DNA of 32,000 nucleotides from Promethearchaeum syntrophicum (GTDB lineage Archaea; Asgardarchaeota; Lokiarchaeia; Sigyniarchaeales; Promethearchaeaceae). How positions within the stretch are numbered: the stretch's first letter is position 1; each line of letters begins with the position of its first letter. This document shows, in pieces, positions 9,342 through 17,439 of this stretch. The translations under genes were made by a program, and so were the position numbers. The notes below the pieces were generated by a model, which did no database searches, was not told where the DNA came from, and saw only the letters and a list, made by a program, of their open reading frames with translations. The DNA is taken from the NCBI RefSeq assembly GCF_008000775.2, contig NZ_CP042905.2:3540001-3572000 (forward strand), in the 5' to 3' direction.

Positions 9342-10340
9342 ATGATGAAAGGTCCAAAAAAAAAAAAAATCTTAGCAGGATCATTATTAGTATTAATCAG
9401 CTCAAGCATAATCCTTACAATTATAATCTCCAACAACTCTAATTATGAATATCAAGAGATTGGAAGCATTGAAATGGGAAATGAAGTCTTTCAAGTTAAA
9501 GTTATAGATGATATTGCATATATCATTGTTGGAAATCCACTAGGATTAGCAATTGTTAATGTTAGCAAACCAAATCAGCCTGAATTATTAAGTAATTATT
9601 ATGGGGGAGGAGCTGCGCAATTCGTAGATATTTCTGGAGATATTGCCTATATTGCTAATAGATTTGAAGGTCTGGAAATTGTTAATGTCTCAGATCCGAC
9701 ATCCCCTGTTAGAATTTCCCATTATAAGCCAGAATATGATATCTTTGATGTTAAAATCAATGGAAACATAGCCTATCTAGCATGCTGGAACGATGGAGTC
9801 GAGATAATTGATATAAGTGTTCCAAATAATCCCATTTTTTTATCGTCTTACATGTTAAATTGTGTTAGCATGCAATTGGTATTTGATAATGATTTAATTT
9901 ATGCTGTATCTCATTGTGCTGATTATAGTGGTTTGCAAGTAATTAATGTAAGTAATCCAAGCACCCCACAATTCGTGGGATCTTATGACGATGTTGATGT
10001 GGACTTATGGATCCCGATTATTGAAGATAATTATCTATACGCTCCAGATCACGGTGGATCGGGCTCAGTCCAAGTATTAGACATTAGTAATCCTCAAAAT
10101 ATTGTTAAATTTGACGAAATCACAATATGTCATCATTCTCAACGAATATTTATCAATGAAAATCATCTCTATATTGCTGACAGTGCTAAAGGAATTTTAA
10201 CTTTGGATCTCGATACTTTTGAACAATTAGGTAGATATGATGACGGGAGTGAATCTTTTGATGTTGTATATCAAGAAGGTCTGATTTATTTATTAGATTA
10301 TGATTGGGGACTTAAAATTATTCAAGTTTCCGAAACATGA
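9342..10340 (+). CDS. Membrane-anchored LVIVD-repeat beta-propeller protein
   Basis: Basic N-terminus plus one TM (KKKKILAGSLLVLISSSIILTIIIS). About 7 repeats follow, each ending in an LVIVD-type strand: LAIVNVS, LEIVNVS, VEIIDIS, LQVINVS, VQVLDIS, ILTLDL, LKIIQVS. Confidence 0.8.
   Translation: MMKGPKKKKILAGSLLVLISSSIILTIIISNNSNYEYQEIGSIEMGNEVFQVKVIDDIAYIIVGNPLGLAIVNVSKPNQPELLSNYYGGGAAQFVDISGDIAYIANRFEGLEIVNVSDPTSPVRISHYKPEYDIFDVKINGNIAYLACWNDGVEIIDISVPNNPIFLSSYMLNCVSMQLVFDNDLIYAVSHCADYSGLQVINVSNPSTPQFVGSYDDVDVDLWIPIIEDNYLYAPDHGGSGSVQVLDISNPQNIVKFDEITICHHSQRIFINENHLYIADSAKGILTLDLDTFEQLGRYDDGSESFDVVYQEGLIYLLDYDWGLKIIQVSET
9356..9369 (+). repeat. A14 homopolymer inside the 5' end of the LVIVD-repeat gene
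   Basis: Counted directly: 14 consecutive A (codons P-K-K-K-K-I), five codons after the start. Confidence 0.9.
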
Positions 10341-10383
10341 TCATTTCAAAATAAGAAAAAAAAAGGAAATCTATAAAAAAAGT

Positions 10384-11145
10384 TTATACTTCTGTAGAAT
10401 GACTTCCATTGATTACCTTTACATTTGAGATATACTCAATTTTCTTCAATTCTCCCAGAAATTTCGATTTTGAAGTAAAATCATCAGCCACTTCTTTTTC
10501 GTTTTTGAAAGATAATAGTTTCAATTTCTTTTTAAAGGTAATTATGAAACTTATGCGATTTTTTTCTTCATCAATAGAATCCACACTTAAAATGGAATAA
10601 TATTTGAGGTTTTTCGTAAATATTGGAGATAAAACTTGAGAATAATCATATTTGATAGGTATGTTTAATTCTAAGATATCTTGGGCTAAGCCTTTTTGGC
10701 CAAATTGTGATGAATACATGAAAAATAACATTAAACATCCAATTAATGTAAAGAATAGAGCAAGTGCATAAAAACGAGTTCCACATGCCATTCCAACCGC
10801 CATGATGAAAAATATAAAGCCAACGTCCCGCGTGTCTTTGATTGCATTTCGAAATCTAACTATAGATAATGCCCCGACTAATGTGAAAGCTCTAGCAATA
10901 TCCGTTCCCACAATTAACATAACAATCGAAACTACCACACCCAATAACACGAGAGTTTGAGTAAAACTTTGGGAGTAGGAAATTCCCTTATGGGTTCCGC
11001 GATATGTAATAGACACTATCATTGAGAGGGATATACTCCAAAATAGAACAATAATTGCATCGGAAAATGTAAGTGAACTTACTTCCGGACTGAAAGTTAA
11101 AAACGAATCTTCAAAAAATTTCTCTATAAATCCTGTTTGTATCAT
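10384..11145 (-). CDS. DUF4956 family membrane protein
   Basis: 4-5 TM segments and the family-typical stretch ARAFTLVGALSIVRFRNAIKDTRDVGFIFFIMAVGMACG. It is the last gene of the CotH-VTC-DUF4956 string. Confidence 0.75.
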   Translation of the reverse strand: MIQTGFIEKFFEDSFLTFSPEVSSLTFSDAIIVLFWSISLSMIVSITYRGTHKGISYSQSFTQTLVLLGVVVSIVMLIVGTDIARAFTLVGALSIVRFRNAIKDTRDVGFIFFIMAVGMACGTRFYALALFFTLIGCLMLFFMYSSQFGQKGLAQDILELNIPIKYDYSQVLSPIFTKNLKYYSILSVDSIDEEKNRISFIITFKKKLKLLSFKNEKEVADDFTSKSKFLGELKKIEYISNVKVINGSHSTEV

Positions 11146-11207
11146 TATTTTTCACTGTTTTTGTTTTTTATTTTTTATAATTTGACTTTTTCTTGTTAAA
11201 AAAAATG

Positions 11208-11960
11208 CTATAATAAGCAATACGATACCGTTTTCACTCCACTTGCAAATTTCGATATTTTTTGTTGTACACAATTATTTGCTTGGACGATTTTGATTGC
11301 CCATTTAGGAATAATATTATTAAATTTCACTTCCATCACGCATTGAGTTTGGGGAATAATTAATTTAGATCTTTCAGCACTAAATTGAAGGAGATCAAAA
11401 TTAGTTCGGGAGACTCGAAGATTCGTATCAAAAGTCACACGGAAATTTTTCTCGAAGATTCCTGTTAATGCTTGTCGCTTGTATGAAATGGCACACACGG
11501 GTTTTAAATTGAATCTTTTTTTGAGATACCAAATTTCTTCAAGAATATTTCTGTCAGTTATTGAAGATTTTTGATACAATTCGGATGCAATTTTCGAATT
11601 TCCGTCAATAATCTGAAACACATGTCTGGCGGGGACTAAAATTCGTGCCTTAGATACATTTTCATTGATTTTACGTTTGATTTCAATAAATATGTAATCT
11701 TGACCTCCCTGTTTAGAATTAGGATAATATCTTATTCGCAATTTTTTACGATATTTTACTCCATTTACTTTCTCATAATAAGCTTTTCGCTGGGGGGAAT
11801 CAAAATAGAGACTTCGAATCTCATAATCTAAATTAAGTTGAATATATTTATCCGGATTCATGAATCCCCTCAGATATCCTACCAATCTGTCTCGTTCTCC
11901 CATTGAAATCGGATATTTGATTTCAAATCGTTTAAAATATTTTCGCACCATTTTAATCAT
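11208..11960 (-). CDS. VTC-domain protein (polyphosphate polymerase / triphosphate-tunnel, CYTH-like)
   Basis: 250 aa, soluble. Alternating basic beta-strand motifs typical of the tunnel fold: RFEIKY, IRSLYFDSP, KLRIRYY, FIEIKRK, MEVKF. The start overlaps the CotH stop in an ATGA junction (11957-11960). Confidence 0.8.
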   Translation of the reverse strand: MIKMVRKYFKRFEIKYPISMGERDRLVGYLRGFMNPDKYIQLNLDYEIRSLYFDSPQRKAYYEKVNGVKYRKKLRIRYYPNSKQGGQDYIFIEIKRKINENVSKARILVPARHVFQIIDGNSKIASELYQKSSITDRNILEEIWYLKKRFNLKPVCAISYKRQALTGIFEKNFRVTFDTNLRVSRTNFDLLQFSAERSKLIIPQTQCVMEVKFNNIIPKWAIKIVQANNCVQQKISKFASGVKTVSYCLL

Positions 11961-14614
11961 TCACTTCCTAGATTTTCTTCCATTTCTGGTATATTTTCCT
12001 TCGATTCCATACTTATCGCAGGAGTTGTTAACCAAAATTGACCATTATCTTTATCCTGAACTTTTTTGTGAATCACATTTATCAATACAATTAATCCTAT
12101 CAACCCTCCAATAAAGACATAAAAGAATCCAGTTTCCACAGAAGATGTTTGCACTATCTCCAAATTAGAATTTTCGTATCCAGGAGTTGGAGTAGAGATA
12201 TGTTCCTCCCAATTCTCACTCCCATCAGGGATTCTTCCTAAGGAAAAATCTTGAATTGTATCCGAATAAGAGATCCAATCAATAATTGAACTGCCATCAT
12301 TTGATATTAAGCAAATATCTTCTCCATTTCCACTTAATTTGAAACTGGAATGTAAATTTTCTTGATCCAAATCCCCATCTGCCCAAATTACAAGAAAAGA
12401 TTCTGCTTCGATAATTGCGTTTTCCGGAAATTGCCAAACAAATGGATCATGAGCATTATCCGTTAAATATAAGCCCCCTAAATCAAGTGAAATATTTGCA
12501 GAATTATATAACTCGATCCAATCAGGAAAATCCCCCAAATCATCTGGATCTTCCACAGCATTTTCATTTTCTGCCATTATTTCATTGATATAAAGTGTGG
12601 TGGGTAGTTTAATCTCCATTTCATCCTCACAATTTGAAGCATTCGGTGTAGGAAAATCACTCATTTCTTGCCATATACCATCTCCATCAGGATATTTTCC
12701 ATAAGAGATATTCTCATTCAGGCTTGTATAATCAACTTTATCAACCAGAATCATTGAGCCTTCATTAGATTCCATGAAGAGAAAGATTTGCCCTCCTTCT
12801 TGTTGAAGTGTAAATGATAGATGTTTCAATCCCTCTTCTGTTTCATTATCTGCCCATACCAAATAAGTATCCCCGTCCTCTAAAATATCATCAGGAAATT
12901 CCCATTTGTTTGGTTCCTCAAATTTATCAGTTAAATATAGATTTTTTAATGAAACTGTGCCAGGTCCAAGATTATAGATCTCAATCCAAGAATCAAAATC
13001 ACCATTTTCATCAGCAATTACTCCTTGATTCAAAGACATAATCTCATTGAATTGCATATCGCTTTGGGAGGCATAGGAATCAAGTATCGTTGAGAGATAG
13101 GTTGATCGGATTTCCACAAAACTTTCCAAACCAAAAATATTATTTTGATTTGGATAACCGTCTGTCAAAGTCATTTCAAATTGCTCGTTAGTAAAAAGCT
13201 GATTAGGATCAGCATAAAAATCTTCTCTAATTAAATCAGCAAAGATTTCAATTTGATCTGACATAAATTCCTGATTAAATCCATCCCGAATCATTTCAGC
13301 AAGAATTCTTGTATAGGTCTGATTGTAGGAATCGATTTCTAACAAACGTTCAAACAATGGACGCTCTGTCCCCAAATTTGCGAATTCCCCTTGTTGACTA
13401 TCAGGTTCTTCTGTAGTATCTACACTACGAGGTGGAGGAGGACCATCAGGTATATCCATGGAAGTGGAAGAAGGAGTCCAATAAGGATCAATCAATCGAA
13501 CATTTTGTCCTTCTTCAACTCCAAATGTGAATCTACCAAAAGCCTCATTTGAATCCCACAAAATATGCTTGAACAATCCAGTTTCATCACTTTCATAAAG
13601 GTAGAAGTTATGTGCAGACCCAAGATATGAGTCCAAACTGGCGAAAAGATTTAATAAAGCCATACAATAGAGTGTATCATTCACATCAAGGATTTTTTCA
13701 ATCTCTTCTTGGAAATCTTCAGTTGGGGTATTTGTGAGAACATCTGTTAGTTTTATCAAACTTGAAAAATCATTTTCATATTCATTTGTTTTCAATTCAT
13801 AATTGGTAGAATATAGACTCTCACTCTCACCTAAATAAGTTAAAGTTCCTGCACTTTCAGCCCTAAAAAGATTCCCATCTTCTTTACTTCCATAACGACT
13901 TTCAACAAATTCGTCATCTATTTGCTCTATTGCAGTAAATAATCCATAATATTCATCATTTACATAAACTCTAGTATATACGCATCTTACGGTGCTAACA
14001 TAATTACTGGCAAAATCCCAGAACAATTTTTCACGCAACATTGTGGGATCCAAATATCCATTGTTTAAATTGAGCTTTTTTAGTCCATAGAAGTCTATTT
14101 CTTGATTATAGTAATTAAAATCAATACGGAACGATTTTTTATATGTATTACTCATAAACGAGGAATGTCCTTTAAAATTAATACCAATGGGATCAATCTC
14201 AATATCATCATATACAAATTTTGCTGGAAAATAAGGATCATCAGAATCATAGGCGTGTCCATCATAGAGTTGGTCATACCAATCTTCATCCTCAAAATAC
14301 AAGTTGATCTCATGCACATAGGAATCATCGAAGAAGGGTTCGGCAACATCGTACAAAGTAGAGACTTGTTCAAAACCCTTTGTACTTGTCTCGGTAGATG
14401 TAATTTCACTCGAACTTATGGTTGATTCAATACACTCACTTATACCCGTAATCTCACTTAAATTGGAACTTTCACTTACAGTCGCTGAATTGTTCATTGT
14501 ATATAGCGATGCAGTATTCCAAATATTTGCTAAAATTACCAAAAAGAATAAAACACTTATTATTTGCTTGAATTTCATTCTTTTTATGAACTGTTGTACT
14601 TTATTATATTTCAT
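11957..14614 (-). CDS. CotH-family atypical kinase-like ectoprotein with two lamin-tail domains and a C-terminal TM anchor
   Basis: 885 aa. N-terminal signal/anchor (IISVLFFLVILANIW), then a ~450-aa region I recognise as CotH-like. Two LTD signatures follow: FNEIMSLNQGVIADENGDFDSWIEIYNLGPGTVSLKNLYLTD and INEIMAENENAVEDPDDLGDFPDWIELYNSANISLDLGGLYLTD. C-terminal TM is FFYVFIGGLIGLIVLINVI. Confidence 0.8.
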   Translation of the reverse strand: MKYNKVQQFIKRMKFKQIISVLFFLVILANIWNTASLYTMNNSATVSESSNLSEITGISECIESTISSSEITSTETSTKGFEQVSTLYDVAEPFFDDSYVHEINLYFEDEDWYDQLYDGHAYDSDDPYFPAKFVYDDIEIDPIGINFKGHSSFMSNTYKKSFRIDFNYYNQEIDFYGLKKLNLNNGYLDPTMLREKLFWDFASNYVSTVRCVYTRVYVNDEYYGLFTAIEQIDDEFVESRYGSKEDGNLFRAESAGTLTYLGESESLYSTNYELKTNEYENDFSSLIKLTDVLTNTPTEDFQEEIEKILDVNDTLYCMALLNLFASLDSYLGSAHNFYLYESDETGLFKHILWDSNEAFGRFTFGVEEGQNVRLIDPYWTPSSTSMDIPDGPPPPRSVDTTEEPDSQQGEFANLGTERPLFERLLEIDSYNQTYTRILAEMIRDGFNQEFMSDQIEIFADLIREDFYADPNQLFTNEQFEMTLTDGYPNQNNIFGLESFVEIRSTYLSTILDSYASQSDMQFNEIMSLNQGVIADENGDFDSWIEIYNLGPGTVSLKNLYLTDKFEEPNKWEFPDDILEDGDTYLVWADNETEEGLKHLSFTLQQEGGQIFLFMESNEGSMILVDKVDYTSLNENISYGKYPDGDGIWQEMSDFPTPNASNCEDEMEIKLPTTLYINEIMAENENAVEDPDDLGDFPDWIELYNSANISLDLGGLYLTDNAHDPFVWQFPENAIIEAESFLVIWADGDLDQENLHSSFKLSGNGEDICLISNDGSSIIDWISYSDTIQDFSLGRIPDGSENWEEHISTPTPGYENSNLEIVQTSSVETGFFYVFIGGLIGLIVLINVIHKKVQDKDNGQFWLTTPAISMESKENIPEMEENLGSE

Positions 14615-14714
14615 TTTCTCTTCCTATTAAAACGAAAATAACTTTTTTAATTCCAAATTGAAGGAATAAAAAGGTCTAAATAGGAGAAAATGACTAGAAT
14701 TAATAAGTGGTTTT

Positions 14715-14748
14715 AGAACAAAGGTCAATTCTGTGTTACCTTTGTTCT
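14715..14748. promoter_or_regulatory. Inverted repeat AGAACAAAGGT-N12-ACCTTTGTTCT (11-bp perfect arms), candidate operator or 5'-leader hairpin
   Basis: Arms at 14715-14725 and 14738-14748 are exact reverse complements. The repeat sits 22 nt upstream of the wHTH start, in the spacer shared with the divergent CotH operon. Confidence 0.45.
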
Positions 14749-14770
14749 CAAAGAATTCAAATACATCAAA

Positions 14771-15103
14771 GTGATTAAATCAATGGCTCCTTCAAAGTAT
14801 CGATCTACTAATATGATCATTCAAAAAATCTTGGAAGGTATTTTAAGAGCCGATATCAATCACACCTTAATAAAAAAAGGGATTATTAAATCTCATCTTA
14901 TTAAATACTGTGCTTTAAAGGCCAGTACCGCTGAAAAATATTTACTAAAAATGATAAATGCAGGATATATCATTTCTCATGATGAATCATGGGGAGAACG
15001 GAAAATCTCAATCGTAGAAATTACAAATAAAGGAAAAGAACGATACAAATGGTTTGTTATGTTGAATTTAGAATTAGAAGAATCTAAAAATAAGGAAGAC
15101 TAA
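14771..15103 (+). CDS. Small winged-helix DNA-binding protein (archaeal wHTH)
   Basis: 110 aa. HTH-like KSHLIKYCALKASTAEKYLLKMINAGYI followed by a wing-like SIVEITNKGKERY. The tracked start is GTG at 14771; an in-frame ATG lies at 14783. Confidence 0.65.
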   Translation: MIKSMAPSKYRSTNMIIQKILEGILRADINHTLIKKGIIKSHLIKYCALKASTAEKYLLKMINAGYIISHDESWGERKISIVEITNKGKERYKWFVMLNLELEESKNKED

Positions 15104-15106
15104 ATC

Positions 15107-15862
15107 TTGTCGAAATCAATCAAATCCCAACAAAATGGGCAGGAAAATACAATCGGAAAATTTTATCAAGATATTGAAACCAATGGTTTAAAATATATCC
15201 AAAAACAAAAACAATATCTGATCTTGACAGCTATTTTCCCTATTTATGCGATTATTATTCAAATTTTTAATTTATTTGCAATTTTAAATCGGATTCCCCT
15301 CCCCCCTCCAAATCAACCAGGCATTCCTGTCTTAGAACCCCGAAGTTTATATGAAATTTTGACTCCTGTTATTATATTTCTTGTGATTTCTTCCTTTGCG
15401 CTTTTAAAGTTCATATTTCTCTGTATTTGGAAGAAAAAAGTTCACCAATATGAACACTATAAAGGGTTGATTAAAAGTGAAGAAATAAGTGATGTAAACA
15501 AAAAAAATACTCCATCTATAACACTAACTCAGTTATTTTATGACATTGTAGCCCACATGCAACGTGTTCGGGTGATTTTTATCTTATTGAACATAGTCTT
15601 TATTCTATATATTCAGTGGTCCATCGGTTTTTTACTAACTTTTTTTGGAGTTACCACCAATCCAAACCCTCCACCCGTCGATATATTTCATTTATTAAAT
15701 GCTATAGGGGAATTTGGTCTAATATTTTATATGTTATTTGAATGGATTCATTTTACAAAGTGGAATAGAAAAATTCGAAATCTTGTGAAATTTGAGAAAA
15801 AAATCTATAATGAAATCGAAGGAGTTAATGGATTAGATGTCGATGATAGGACCATTACCTGA
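15107..15862 (+). CDS. Hypothetical 4-TM membrane protein with an internal two-fold repeat
   Basis: TTG start 3 nt after the wHTH stop. There is no in-frame ATG until far downstream, so a non-ATG start is required. Two TM hairpins each have a proline-rich turn (PLPPPNQPG; NPNPPPVD), and each is followed by Trp plus basic residues (WKKK; WNRKIRN). Confidence 0.6.
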   Translation: MSKSIKSQQNGQENTIGKFYQDIETNGLKYIQKQKQYLILTAIFPIYAIIIQIFNLFAILNRIPLPPPNQPGIPVLEPRSLYEILTPVIIFLVISSFALLKFIFLCIWKKKVHQYEHYKGLIKSEEISDVNKKNTPSITLTQLFYDIVAHMQRVRVIFILLNIVFILYIQWSIGFLLTFFGVTTNPNPPPVDIFHLLNAIGEFGLIFYMLFEWIHFTKWNRKIRNLVKFEKKIYNEIEGVNGLDVDDRTIT

Positions 15863-16486
15863 AATTAAATTAGATTGAAAATGAGAAACTGAATTAAATA
15901 AATGTAATTGAAACTTTTGTAAATTTTGATTATAATGAAGACGCGTAATGCTACAATTATATATTGGATTTCCTAAATGAAATCGGTTTCCAAATGGAAT
16001 TCCCAGTAGACCACATAAAAGAACCCTTATTATTCCTCCATGAGCTACAATCAATGCACGCTTTGGTTGTTCTTCAATAATTGCCTTAATAGAAGGTAAA
16101 AGTCTACCGTAAGCAGTTTCTCCATTTTCTCCTTGGGGATAATAAAAATCTTCATTCCGATTGCAATATTTCTCATAGATATCTGGTGCTATTTTTGAAA
16201 AATTATTCCATCCTTGAGTTTCTAATAATCCAAAATGCAATTCTCGAAGTTCTTTTCTGAATTCAACTGATTTACCAAGAATTTTAGATATAATCGAAGC
16301 AGTCTGTTTTGTTCTTAATGTATCACTAGCATATATATTGCTGATCCTGTTGTTTTTAAGAAACTTTCCTGTAATTTCAGCTTGTTTTTTTCCAAGATCT
16401 GTCAATGGAGGATCGCTTCGTTTAAGATCTGGATTATAATCAATTATTTTTTTTTTATTTCCGTGTCTTACTAAAATTAATTCCAT
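15833..16486 (-). CDS. Histidine phosphatase family protein (phosphoglycerate-mutase-like)
   Basis: N-terminal LVRHGN (RHG catalytic motif), the second catalytic His in VAHGGIIR, and a length of 217 aa typical for the family. Confidence 0.8.
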   Translation of the reverse strand: MELILVRHGNKKKIIDYNPDLKRSDPPLTDLGKKQAEITGKFLKNNRISNIYASDTLRTKQTASIISKILGKSVEFRKELRELHFGLLETQGWNNFSKIAPDIYEKYCNRNEDFYYPQGENGETAYGRLLPSIKAIIEEQPKRALIVAHGGIIRVLLCGLLGIPFGNRFHLGNPIYNCSITRLHYNQNLQKFQLHLFNSVSHFQSNLISGNGPIIDI

Positions 16487-16639
16487 AATCCTTTACTCCT
16501 AATATTAAACTAATCTGCGTTTCTTTTTAAATTTCCTAAATTCTTCTAAATATTTAAAATTTGAACAAATTATGTTAATATCCGATATAAATGTGGAAAA
16601 TGTTTATTATAATTTGATTAACTTCTCTTAAATTGATTT

Positions 16640-16653
16640 GTCCGCAATGGACA
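16640..16653. promoter_or_regulatory. GC-rich box 1 GTCCGCAATGGACA (GTCC-N5-GGAC inverted repeat), candidate operator abutting the TATA box
   Basis: With flanks it forms TTGTCC-GCAAT-GGACAA (16638-16654). It is a GC island in an otherwise AT-rich spacer and ends 3 nt before TTTAAATA. Confidence 0.5.
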
Positions 16654-16656
16654 ACA

Positions 16657-16664
16657 TTTAAATA
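16657..16664 (+). promoter_or_regulatory. TATA-box-like element TTTAAATA for the PadR-like regulator gene
   Basis: Archaeal TATA consensus-like octamer about 52 nt upstream of the ATG at 16716. The predicted start site (~25 nt downstream) falls at or just before box 2. Confidence 0.4.
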
Positions 16665-16691
16665 GTTGTTATACTTCTATATTATTAGAAA

Positions 16692-16705
16692 GTCCGCATC
16701 GGACA
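16692..16705. promoter_or_regulatory. GC-rich box 2 GTCCGCATCGGACA, second copy of the GTCC-N5-GGAC motif
   Basis: Matches box 1 at 12 of 14 positions. Offset is 52 bp (about five helical turns). It lies 11 nt upstream of the regulator ATG. Confidence 0.5.
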
Positions 16706-16715
16706 GTGAAAAAAA

Positions 16716-17432
16716 ATGAATGAAAAATCAGAAAAAAATGGAGAAAGGAAGAGAAGTCATAGAATGTATGACCCAGATCATCCACGTCCAATGAAACATA
16801 CTCATATGCGTCATAAAAGGTTTCCTCGAAGATTTATGTTAGATAGGATGGAACCACATATGATGCGCCGAGATCATATTTATAGAGAAATGAAAGATTT
16901 ATTTATACTCTCTGCTTTAGATGAAAAAAAAGAAGGTCTATCTGGGACTCAACTCCAAGATTTGCATGAATTACCAAGAGGAAATTTGATGCGAAGTTTA
17001 GTTGAACTAGAAAACCGAGAGTTGATTGAAAAAAACAATGAAAAAATCTATAAAATTACTGAGAAAGGGCAAGGTTTTCTTGAAGAACTTAAGGGAAAAA
17101 TCGCTGAAAGAAATATAATAATAGATGATATTGCTCCAATGGAAAGGTATGCAAATCCACTTCGTCGAAATCATCATCGTGAACGTTTGATTTACGATTT
17201 AGAATTATTAAAGGATAAAGAAGAATTAATTGATTATTTTCGTGGGATGAGAGCTAGAATAACAAGACATAGAAATCATCTAGAACATCGGTTAAAAAAA
17301 ATCGATATAGATAAAAAAGAATTAGATGATTTGATTCAACAGATCGAGTCAGCTGATGAATCTTCAATTGATGAAGTTAAGGAAAAAATAAGAGAAAAGT
17401 TTAAAAAAAAAAAGAATTCATCTTCCAGATGA
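16716..17432 (+). CDS. PadR-like winged-helix transcriptional regulator with a His/Arg/Met-rich N-terminal extension and a coiled-coil tail
   Basis: wHTH core LFILSALDEKKEGLSGTQLQDLHELPRGNLMRSLVELENRELIEK...YKITEKGQGFLEEL. N-terminal 60 aa: HRMYDPDHPRPMKHTHMRHKRFPRRFMLDRMEPHMMRRDH. C-terminal heptad-like charged region. Confidence 0.65.
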   Translation: MNEKSEKNGERKRSHRMYDPDHPRPMKHTHMRHKRFPRRFMLDRMEPHMMRRDHIYREMKDLFILSALDEKKEGLSGTQLQDLHELPRGNLMRSLVELENRELIEKNNEKIYKITEKGQGFLEELKGKIAERNIIIDDIAPMERYANPLRRNHHRERLIYDLELLKDKEELIDYFRGMRARITRHRNHLEHRLKKIDIDKKELDDLIQQIESADESSIDEVKEKIREKFKKKKNSSSR

Positions 17433-17439
17433 AGATAAA

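Noticed and set aside
15833-15862. 30-nt convergent 3'-end overlap between the 4-TM protein gene and the histidine phosphatase gene.
   Set aside because: Short convergent overlaps are common in compact archaeal genomes. There is no structure or motif in the overlap to suggest regulation.
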